DNA of 64,000 nt. It comes from an uncultured bacterium. GTDB lineage: Bacteria; Verrucomicrobiota; Verrucomicrobiia; Limisphaerales; UBA8199. Below are positions 22,437 to 31,298 of the stretch, one piece after another. A program made the translations under genes and the position numbers. The stretch is from NCBI GenBank assembly GCA_963749495.1, contig CAVVMW010000012.1:256001-320000 (forward strand), read 5' to 3'. Positions within the stretch are counted from its first letter, which is position 1, and each line of letters starts with the position of its first letter. The notes beneath the pieces were generated by a model. The model saw only the letters and a program-made list of their open reading frames with translations. It searched no databases and had not been told where the DNA came from.

Positions 22437-23486
22437 TCAAGGTTGTTTGGGCGGTGGCGCGGGCTGGGGTTGGGGCTGGAGGCCGAGCTTTTTCTCGAGT
22501 TCGGCGACGCGGCGGAGGAGTTCGGGCAACTGCTGGAGGGCAATCATCTGGCGTTTGGCCTGGCGGTCGGGCTGGGCGGGGGTCCAGAGCCACTTCTCGC
22601 CGTCGGGGATGTTGTGCATGACGCCGGATTGGGCGCCGACGGAGACGCGGTTGCCGATTTTGAGGTGGCCGGCAACGCCCGCCTGGCCGGCGAGGATGAC
22701 GTAGTTGCCCAGCTTGGTGCTGCCTGCGATGCCGGCCTGAGAGACGACCAGGCAATGCTCGCCCAGCGTGACGTTGTGGGCAATCTGCACCAGGTTGTCG
22801 AGCTTGGAGCCCTTCCCGATGACCGTCGGGCCCAGGGCGCCGCGGTCAATCGTCACGCCCGCGCCGATCTCGACGTCGTCGCGAATGATCACGTTGCCAA
22901 TTTGCGGCACCTTGCGGTGAATGGCCCCGTCCTGCACGTAGCCGAAACCGTCGGAGCCGATGACCGTCGAGCTATGGACGCGGACGCGGTTGCCGATCTC
23001 GGTGCCGGGATAGAGGGTGACATTGGGGAAGAGATTGACCTCCTCGCCGAGCTGGCAGTTGGCGCCGACATAGTCGCCGGCTTGCAAGACCGAGCGGGCG
23101 CCGATGCGGACGTTGGGCCCCAGCACGCAGTAGGGGCCGACGTGCGCGCTGGCGTCCACCTGCGCGCTCTCCCGCACGATCGCCGTCGGGTGAATGCCGG
23201 GGGCGAAGACCGGCTCGGGAAAGAACAGCGGGAGGGTCTTGGCAAAGGCAATCCGCGCGTTGGGCACCCGGATCAGCGTCTTGCGGGCCGAGTCGAATGG
23301 CCCATCCACGATAATGGCCGAGGCGGCGCTCTGCTCCGCGCGGGCGAAGTAGCTCTGGTTCTCGGCAAAGGTCAGGTCGCCCGGTTGCGCGCGGTCGGCG
23401 GGGGCGAAACCCTGGATAACCAGGGCGGCGTCGCCCGCCACCTCGCCTCCGAGGAGCCGGGCAATCTCAGCAGCGGTAAAGGGCAT
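22437..23486 (-). CDS. lpxD: UDP-3-O-acylglucosamine N-acyltransferase
   Basis: Hexapeptide repeats, GSDGFGY, KVPQIG, IDRGAL, DNLVQIAHNV. Confidence 0.97.
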   Translation of the reverse strand: MPFTAAEIARLLGGEVAGDAALVIQGFAPADRAQPGDLTFAENQSYFARAEQSAASAIIVDGPFDSARKTLIRVPNARIAFAKTLPLFFPEPVFAPGIHPTAIVRESAQVDASAHVGPYCVLGPNVRIGARSVLQAGDYVGANCQLGEEVNLFPNVTLYPGTEIGNRVRVHSSTVIGSDGFGYVQDGAIHRKVPQIGNVIIRDDVEIGAGVTIDRGALGPTVIGKGSKLDNLVQIAHNVTLGEHCLVVSQAGIAGSTKLGNYVILAGQAGVAGHLKIGNRVSVGAQSGVMHNIPDGEKWLWTPAQPDRQAKRQMIALQQLPELLRRVAELEKKLGLQPQPQPAPPPKQP

Positions 23487-23594
23487 AATGCGCCAGCTTG
23501 ACTGGCGCGTGCCACTATATAAGGGCCTGCGGGCCTAATTCAATCCCAGACTCTGAGATTGCCCGCGTGTGGCAAAGCACGTAGGGTTGGCGGC

Positions 23595-25247
23595 ATGAAT
23601 TGCAAAGCTCGAGGGATTCGCCGCTGGTCATTAGGCGTCGGGGCGCTGATTTCAATGATTGCGGTCCCGGCGGTTGCCGGGGAGGGGGGCGGGCTGGCGA
23701 TGCTGCCGCTGCCGCAGCAGGTCGAGCCGGGCAGCGGCGTGTTCAAGCTCGGGTCCCGCGCGCGCATCCTGGTGGGTGCAGGCGCGCGGGTGACGGGCCA
23801 GTACCTGGCCCTGCGGCTCGCCCCGGCCCTGGGGAGCGCACCCGAGCTGGGCACGGAAACCGAATCGGCCGCGGGGAACCTGGTCCTGAGCTGCTGGGAC
23901 GCCAGCGCCTCGCTGGGGGCCGAGGGTTACGAACTTGTGGTGACGAAGGATTCAGTCGTGATTCGCGCAGCGGGCGCCGCGGGCCTCTTTTACGGTGTGC
24001 AGACCCTGCTCGAGCTATTGCCTGCCGAGGTCCTGGCGGCCAAACCGCCGGCGGGGCGTGAGTGGACGCTTCCCTGCCTGCGCATCCAGGACCAGCCGCG
24101 TTTCAAGTGGCGCGGCCTGCTGCTGGACGTGGCGCGCCACTTCTTCACAAAGGACCAGGTCGAGCAGCTCCTGGACCTGATGGCGCTGCACAAGCTCAAC
24201 AGCCTCCAGTTGCACCTGACCGATGACCAGGGCTGGCGCATCGAGATCAAGAAGTATCCCCGCCTGACCGAGGTTGGGGCGTGGCGCCAGGGCATCGGTT
24301 TCGGTCTCGATCCCAAGGCCAGCACCGCCTATGGCCCCGACGGGCGCTACGGCGGCTACTACACCCAGGCGGACATCCGGGAACTGGCCGCCTACGCGGG
24401 AGCCCGCCATATCACCCTGGTGCCCGAAATCGAAATGCCGGGCCACTCCAGCGCGGCCCTTTCGGCCTACCCCCAGTTCAGTTGCGCCGGCCAGGGCCAC
24501 AGCGTCAACGTGGACGGCGGGATCTTTGCCGGCATCTATTGCCCGGGCAACGAGGCCGCCTTCAAGTTCATCGAGGACATCCTCACCGAGGTCATTGATT
24601 TGTTCCCTGGCAAGTACGTCCATATCGGCGGCGACGAAGTGCCCAAGGACACCTGGCAGAAGTGCCCCAAGTGCCAGGCGCGCAAGACCGCCGAGGGACT
24701 CAAGGACGAGAAAGAGCTGCAAAGCTATTTCGTCCGCCGCGTCGAGAAGTTCATTAACTCGAAAAACCGCAGCCTCGTCGGCTGGAGCGAGATCCTCGAA
24801 GGCGGCCTGGCCCAAAACGCGGTGGTGATGGATTGGATCGGCGGCGGCCTCGAGGCCGCCAGCGCCGGGCACGACGTGGTCATGACCCCCACCGCGTATT
24901 GCTACTTCGATTATTACCAGTCCACCAACCACGCCACCGAGCCGCGCGCCATCGGCGGTTTCTTGCCGCTGGACCAGGTCTATGCCCTCGAGCCGGTGCC
25001 CGCAAAGCTCGGCCCTTTGTTCCAATCGCGCATCCTCGGCGCCCAGGCCAATCTCTGGACCGAGTACGTCCCCAACTTCAAACGCGCTCAATACATGCTC
25101 TTCCCGCGCTTGTGCGCCCTGGCCGAGGCCGCCTGGTCCCCCAAGGCCTCGCGCAGCTATCCGGACTTCACCCGGCGCTTGAGGACCCATCTCCAGCGCC
25201 TGGACCAGCTCGGCGTGAACTACCGCAAGGGCATGCCGGGGCAGTGA
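23595..25247 (+). CDS. Beta-N-acetylhexosaminidase (GH20)
   Basis: WRGLLLDVARHF, HLTDDQGWR, PEIEMPGH, HIGGDE, LWTEY. Confidence 0.95.
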   Translation: MNCKARGIRRWSLGVGALISMIAVPAVAGEGGGLAMLPLPQQVEPGSGVFKLGSRARILVGAGARVTGQYLALRLAPALGSAPELGTETESAAGNLVLSCWDASASLGAEGYELVVTKDSVVIRAAGAAGLFYGVQTLLELLPAEVLAAKPPAGREWTLPCLRIQDQPRFKWRGLLLDVARHFFTKDQVEQLLDLMALHKLNSLQLHLTDDQGWRIEIKKYPRLTEVGAWRQGIGFGLDPKASTAYGPDGRYGGYYTQADIRELAAYAGARHITLVPEIEMPGHSSAALSAYPQFSCAGQGHSVNVDGGIFAGIYCPGNEAAFKFIEDILTEVIDLFPGKYVHIGGDEVPKDTWQKCPKCQARKTAEGLKDEKELQSYFVRRVEKFINSKNRSLVGWSEILEGGLAQNAVVMDWIGGGLEAASAGHDVVMTPTAYCYFDYYQSTNHATEPRAIGGFLPLDQVYALEPVPAKLGPLFQSRILGAQANLWTEYVPNFKRAQYMLFPRLCALAEAAWSPKASRSYPDFTRRLRTHLQRLDQLGVNYRKGMPGQ

Positions 25248-25344
25248 CAGACACAAAAATTGTATCTATACGGATGCAACCGCAACGCAATGGGGCTGCC
25301 CCAATAGGGGCGAGTGCCCCCCTGGATCGCTGAGCAGCTCTTTT

Positions 25345-25517
25345 TTTCCGCGTATTCCGCGTGTTCCGCGGTTGCCATCACCTGCCGTAGCCGTATCGGC
25401 CCCGCTCCGCCACGATGCGCTCAATTTGGATGGTAAATAAGATCGGTTTTCATGGCCGGCGAGGTTGGCATAACTCCGAAGAAGAATGAACCGCGGAATA
25501 CGCGGAACACGCGGAAA
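25345..25517. repeat. Inverted pair of 9-mer tandem repeats (TTCCGCGTA/G) at the left edge of the defence region
   Basis: 25345-25373 vs 25489-25517 reverse-complementary at 27 of 29 nt. Confidence 0.75.
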
Positions 25518-25621
25518 TGAACAGGTCTAATGGTTACTAGTTTGTCCCGCACCCTCGGACTTTTCCGGACCGCCAATGCGCTTGTTTTTTCTCCGTCACC
25601 GCATAACCTGTTGCCAAACAA

Positions 25622-26300
25622 ATGGCTCTCGAATCCAAGCCGCTCTTTCACCCGGAGGTCCTCCGCCAGCAGGTGCGGGCGTTCAACTTGCCGGAGAGCG
25701 TGAGAGACTGGAAGCCCAAACTCCGGCACTGGGCCGACCTCATAGCTTCCGGCCGCGCGGACGATTTCAAGGAAACCGCCCTGCTCCCTGATTTCTTCAC
25801 CGACATTTTTTGCGGCCTGCTCGGCTACACCGGCCCGGCCGAAACGGCGGACCCCTTCACCTTCTCCCCAGAACGGCGCGTCGAGGTGGACGGCAAGGTC
25901 GCCGATGCCGTCCTGGGCCGGTTCCAGAAGGGCAAGGGACAATTCGTGGCGATCCTCGAAGGCAAGGGCGCCCGCAATCCGCTGGACCGCCCGTTTGCCG
26001 GGCGGCGCATGTCCGCCGTGGACCAGGCCTATCGCTACGCCATCAATCTCCCGTGCGACTGGCTCGTCGTCACCTCCATGCGGGAAACGCGCCTGTATCA
26101 CAAAGGCTCGCCGCAGAACGCTTACGAACGCTTTGAGACGGCCCGGCTGGCAGGCAATCCCGCGTTGCTCAAGCGCTTTGTCTTTCTCCTGGGCGCCGAA
26201 CGCGTCGTCCCTGCGCACCGCGACTGCCACTGGTATGAACTGCTTCGCGCCTCCGAATCCGTCGGGCGCAAACTCACCAACCAGTTCTACGCGCAATACG
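25622..26300 (+). pseudogene. N-terminal nuclease portion of a Type IIG (Eco57I-like) RM enzyme, truncated
   Basis: ADAVLG...ILEGKG nuclease motif, SAVDQAYRYA, WLVVTS; protein-like sequence ends at TNQFYAQYA and no methylase motifs follow. Confidence 0.75.
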
Positions 26301-26638
26301 CGCGGACAGTTTGCCCGAGCCACTCGGCATGGGCGGCGCACGGGTGCCCGCTTCCACAAGGCCCCGAGGGACACCACAGCAACTCAACCTTGGTTCGCTC
26401 GACACGTGAAGGAAAACGGAGCAAATAAGGGCTTGACCCCTCTTGGGGATTCGATGTTGGACATCTCCCGCCGCCGTGAGGTGCTGCCAGAAGGGTGGAC
26501 GAATGAAGAGGAGGTGGGGCTGATTGAGAAGGGTCGAGCGAGAGGCCCCAAGCCGGGCGATGCGCAGCAGGCCGAGCCGCAAAAGGCATCCTTGCCGAGA
26601 CGACAACTGTTCTGGTAAGGTTCCGGCCCATCGCGTTC

Positions 26639-27511
26639 ATGGTCATTGATTACAAAGGCCTTTTCGACAGGCTGACGAAGCGCTACGGGGGTGCCACCCC
26701 TGAGGCGCTCGAAGGCATTCTGTGCCCCGTCCTGATTCCCATTCGCTCACTCGACAAGGCCGTATTCAAAATTGCAGGACAACCGCATTGGCGGGCGTCG
26801 TTCACCGTTGCGATAGACAAGGACTCCGAAGACCTGATGGTTCCAGGTTGCACCGGCAAGTTCGTTTCCAAAGCCTACAAGCGCGGTGGCGGCTGGAAGG
26901 AAATCGCAAAAGGACGCATTCTCAAGGTTGACAACCAGTCCAGGGTTGCCGATGGCGAGGTTTATTGCGGGGGCAGAAAACACGACCTGGAAGCCGCGCT
27001 AGCGAAACTATCTGCCGACAACTACCTGGAGGTGGACCAATACGGCGCTTCCGCCAAGGTTTTGAGCGGCTTGGTCGAATACTCACTGGTCCAAGTCCTC
27101 AAGGCAGCGGGCTACACCGTACGCCGAATGCCGGAGGACATGGCGCAGCACATTGGCACCTACCTCCACTACGACTTCGAGGTGACAAAGGGCGGCACCA
27201 CGAAGAAGGTCGAAGTGAAGTCTCTATGGGGCACGAACACGAAGTTCGCCCGCTTGATTCACAGTTTGACCGATGGGTATCCGACCAGCAGCTGCAAGTT
27301 TGTCACACAGGACTTCTTCGCGGTGAGCCTGTTCCTGCGCAGCGGCAACATCCGCGACTTCGCTTTCGCCCGTTCCGTGCCCAAGAGCCTCAAGTCCTAT
27401 GGGCTGCCGTGTGCTGAAAAATATCCAGCTCACGTGAATCAGAATCCGACTTGTGAGATTGGCGACGGGACGTGGTTTGCGACGCTGGACGAGGTTTGGA
27501 AACTGAAGTAG
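26639..27511 (+). CDS. Putative PD-(D/E)XK restriction endonuclease (290 aa)
   Basis: GLVEY...YDFEV...KVEVKS motif order; convergent with a DNA methyltransferase. Confidence 0.7.
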   Translation: MVIDYKGLFDRLTKRYGGATPEALEGILCPVLIPIRSLDKAVFKIAGQPHWRASFTVAIDKDSEDLMVPGCTGKFVSKAYKRGGGWKEIAKGRILKVDNQSRVADGEVYCGGRKHDLEAALAKLSADNYLEVDQYGASAKVLSGLVEYSLVQVLKAAGYTVRRMPEDMAQHIGTYLHYDFEVTKGGTTKKVEVKSLWGTNTKFARLIHSLTDGYPTSSCKFVTQDFFAVSLFLRSGNIRDFAFARSVPKSLKSYGLPCAEKYPAHVNQNPTCEIGDGTWFATLDEVWKLK

Positions 27512-29764
27512 CTCCGACAGCGCGCCACGCGCCCTCGGCGTCTCCTAATGTCACGGTAAAGTGCTTCCGGAGGTGATAGAGGCGCCCTTCTGCCGCCGCA
27601 ATTTCCTCTGCCTGTTGCTCCAAACGCGGCAGATCTTCCCTGCGGATGGGTAGCAGCACGTCCAACAAACAAGATTCACTGATGGCAGGATAGGCAATGC
27701 CAACGTTGTTCCGCATGAGTTGCCTAATGGCGAACTCGCTTTTCAGCAGCTGGGCCAGTGTGTGCGGGTCGATCTTCGTGCAACGGAGTACAGCCAAGCC
27801 GGTGGTGCAGACGGAGCCCTCGTGGTGCGGGCCGACCACCCCCACAGTGCCGCGTTCCGGCCTAACGGTCGACACCAGCACGTCCCCTGCGCGCACAAGC
27901 TTGCGCGCACGGCTTGGGGTGGTTTTGGTGTCAACGGCGTTGGGATAGACCATGCAAGTCTGTGAATCAATGTCGGAAATCTCGATGTAATTGAATTCCT
28001 TCGTTCCCCAGCGGCGAGGGTCCGCGCGTTCGTCAATCAGTTCAGCCACGTCGGCGACACGTAGGTCTGACTCGTTTTTGCGGTTGAGCCGTTGTTCAAT
28101 TTCCGTGGAAAGGGACGCATGGTGTTGGGCATCCCACCGTTCCAGGTCCGTGGCGTTTTCAATCCATTTGACCGATTGCAATTTGGCGGGGGCGGCGACT
28201 ATTTCATCAAGGATTCCCGGCAGATCGCCGGGACCATGCACAACTTTGGTTCGCTGGTTCGCCCGTGTCGCAACTGTGAAACCAATATCCTGGCAAATCC
28301 CAAACGCCGCACGGGGCGACTTGCCATCCCCTCTCCCCTTCTTGCGCAAGTGCAGTACCGAGGTTTTGGTATTTGTGCCAGCCGCCCCGAACGTGACAGT
28401 AGGCAACGAGACGACAGTGAATAGGTCAACCGCCTTTGCAATGCCCCGGCGCAGGTCCTCGAAAACCCCCTGGTTCGTCAAAATGCTGTCAGGAACGATG
28501 GCTATCAGGTGTCCGCCGGGTGCCAGCCAGTCCAAGTAGCGCTCAATGTAGAGAACCTCGGAGTCGAGCCGCCCAGGGAGCCGACGGCTCCATGCAGTCG
28601 CAATTTTATATCTCACCAGATCGTTCCCTTGGAAAGAGGCACCGAAGGGTGGATTCGTGAGAATGAGTTTCACCTTGCCGACCAGGGAATCGGTCAGCCT
28701 GCCATCGGTGCCATTCCGTGCCAGGGAGTTGGCGAGGTGTAGTTTGGTCATGGGGAAACCAAACATGGCGACATTGGTCAATGCCAGGCGAACCATGCGC
28801 TCGCTCTTGTCGATGCCCACGACCACGTTCTCCAGGATGTTCCTCAGCCAAAGTTCGCGGGATTTGGTGTCTTCCACCTTGCGTTCGACTGTCTCACGCA
28901 AAGTTTGGACCATCTCCACCAGAAACGAGGCTACGCCGCATGAGGGGTCGAGAATGAGACCAGGCTCGCCGCACCGTTTGGGACTGCAAAGAGTCTCGAG
29001 GTCCTCACCGGCAAGCGCGTTCATGGCCAGACCAATCATGAACCGAACAACCTCAGGCGGCGTGAGGTATTGGCCAAGTTCTTTCTCGTCGATAAAGGAG
29101 TCCGCAAGGAACTTCCCGAAGACCTCGTTCAGGATGTCCAAACCGGAGAAATTGAAGGCGTTCGTTTGCCGGCGGAGCGTCTCGAAACATTCCACCAACT
29201 CTTGGGCAAGTTCTTCCTCCTGCGGCTTGAGTTTGAGTTCGAAATCCTTGAGGTCAACTTCGTGGGCCAACGATGCTGGCAGCGCCTGGTGAATTGTCTC
29301 GTCAACGAAGCTTTTGAGAGCACTGGCAAGGCCGAAACCCTTCTTTTGACGCTGGGCCAGCGTCAGCCTGGAAATGCCCTCCGCGCCAAACCGCGTGGCT
29401 TCCACGTGAGCAAACAGCAACTTTGAGAGTTCGTCTAGCGCCTGGCTCCGTGACGAAAGGCGGCCCCTCTTGTGTAGAATCTCACGGATGGAACGGAGGG
29501 TTTGGTCCACAGCCTCGGTGATCATCGGATGATGCGGCGTGACGCGGTAAGGTGGTGCAGTCTCCCGCAAGGCTTGGGGCTGGTGGATTACCTCGGCGTA
29601 AATCTGGCGAAGCTTCGCCTCGGTACGCGGGCCGGGGTTTAGCCTCCCCGGTGAGCCAGCGCTGTACCGAAGTGGGAGATGCCTTTAGCTGGACCGCCAG
29701 CAATTGCGGGTCACCGGCATGGGTGTCCAGAACGGCTTTCAGGATCTTGTTCAATTGATTCCAC
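27390..29764 (-). CDS. HTH - HsdM-like N6-adenine MTase - single HsdS-like TRD fusion; probable indels at ~29755 and ~29622
   Basis: N-terminal SPTSVQRWLTGEAKP HTH; GQYLTPPEV, ILDPSCG, TNPPFG; TRD YIEISDID...PSRARKLV...DVLVSTVRP. Confidence 0.85.
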
Positions 29765-29771
29765 GCCGTTC

Positions 29772-29820
29772 AGCATACGCCCTGCAAGGGATCTGTCAAC
29801 ATATATCTACACGCCGTGTA
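29772..29820 (-). promoter_or_regulatory. Sigma70-type promoter of the HTH-MTase gene with adjacent palindrome
   Basis: TTGACA (29799-29794), N16, TATGCT (29777-29772), 7 nt before GTG; TACACG-C-CGTGTA at 29808-29820. Confidence 0.6.
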
Positions 29821-30194
29821 AGATTCTGGTTCCCCTACCTGCATTGGCGTGTATGATTGTGTTTTGGCCCCTCCGCGGGAATCCTGGGAGGTTCGAAAAA
29901 ATCAGAACCCCGTGGTCTGTGCGGTAGGGGATCCGCACATTCGCTCGATATCTTCGGGCCCTGCGCAACTGCAAGTCCGTCAAGCGGCTTGTGAAAACTC
30001 TCCTTCAGCGTGCGGCAGGGCCGTGCGACATGCCGCAGCGTGGTGCAGGGGCCAAGGAGCGTGGAGCATGGAACGGGTAGCGGCCGGAAAAAAGCCGGTG
30101 CAAAAATCGGGCGTCGGGAACGGGGTCGGTTGCGCATAACACACATTTTGGGAGGCTGCAGTGCAACAAAAGGCATTACGGGCGTCTAGCCGCA

Positions 30195-30494
30195 ATCGAC
30201 CCGGTTTAGCAGCACGCTTCTCGCCTTGGCCAAACTCGATTCCGACCCCTGGTGGCCGAAGTCAAGGGCATCCTGGGCAAGAAACACCCGGTAACCGCCG
30301 CCGGCATTCATGCGCTGCGGGCCGAATACACCCGCCGCATTGAACCCGCCCGCGCCCTCGCCGCCGAGACCTTGAAACTGGAGCGCACCCTCAGCGACCT
30401 CGTCAACCAAGCCTACGCCCTGACCCCGGCAGAAATTGACCTGATGTGGAAAACGGCCCCGCCCCGCATGCCCATCCCGCCGCCCGCAACATGA
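30195..30494 (+). pseudogene. C-terminal remnant of a Type IIG RM enzyme
   Basis: LERTLSDLVNQAYALTPAEIDLM terminal motif typical of Eco57I-like proteins. Confidence 0.7.
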
Positions 30495-30692
30495 GTTCCA
30501 CCGGCCTACGGCCTCACCCGGTTCCGGTTGGGGGTAGAACGCGCAGCGGTTGAGCGTGGGCAGCCGAGGGTGTCTGGCTTGGTTGCTGAGCGCCCCCCAG
30601 ATCTGCTCAAGCGAGTCAAATTGACGAGCCGGCAGAAGGTGAGCCGGGAATCCGTAACGACCGTTGCGTTGAAGCGCGGCGCTGCCACGAAA

Positions 30693-31298
30693 TCAGTAAA
30701 CCTTCGGCAGCTCGCCTCGCAGCCGTTTCGCGAGCCAACTTTCCTCGATGCCGTCAAGACGGCTGTTCGATTTCACCCTCAGCGTCCTCAGATTGGGCAG
30801 GTCTCTTGGGAATCCCATGACCAGCTCATAGCCTTCCGGATCGCACAGAAGAAGGGCACGGAGTTCTCGCATTCGCTGCGATCGCCATCGCCGGTAGCGC
30901 GGCTCGTTCAATCGCAGGTTGCACACGAGCCGGCTTCCAATTTTGTTCAGCGGAATGATTGTGCCGTCGGAGCCGGCGCGCAAGCATTGGCCGTAAGCCA
31001 CGAGGCAGGGGTCGGGCACGCGTTTGTTCGACTTGAAGCGGTTACAGCATTGGCAAGCAAGGACGAGGTTGTCGTAAAGGCAGGCGAGCCCCTTCGCTTC
31101 CTCCTGTGGGATGATGTGGTCCACAGTCCAGACATCCGTCGGCGCCCACACCATCCGCTTCAGGCAATAGACACAACGGAATGTGAATTCATCTTCCAGC
31201 CACGGACGGTAGCTTTGGTAATCGGTGTAGCCCGCCGGCCCGTGTCGGCGGCAATGCGGTTCGCTCGGGTACGCGAACGGTTCAGCGGCTGGAGTCAC
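30693..31298 (-). CDS. HNH endonuclease
   Basis: RCVYC...VDHIIP...YDNLVLACQCCNRFK; GTGA overlap with upstream MTase stop. Confidence 0.9.
   Translation of the reverse strand: MTPAAEPFAYPSEPHCRRHGPAGYTDYQSYRPWLEDEFTFRCVYCLKRMVWAPTDVWTVDHIIPQEEAKGLACLYDNLVLACQCCNRFKSNKRVPDPCLVAYGQCLRAGSDGTIIPLNKIGSRLVCNLRLNEPRYRRWRSQRMRELRALLLCDPEGYELVMGFPRDLPNLRTLRVKSNSRLDGIEESWLAKRLRGELPKVY

Noticed and set aside
26478..26618. VLPEGWT as an HsdS remnant
   Set aside because: A five-residue resemblance only; the following sequence has no TRD character.
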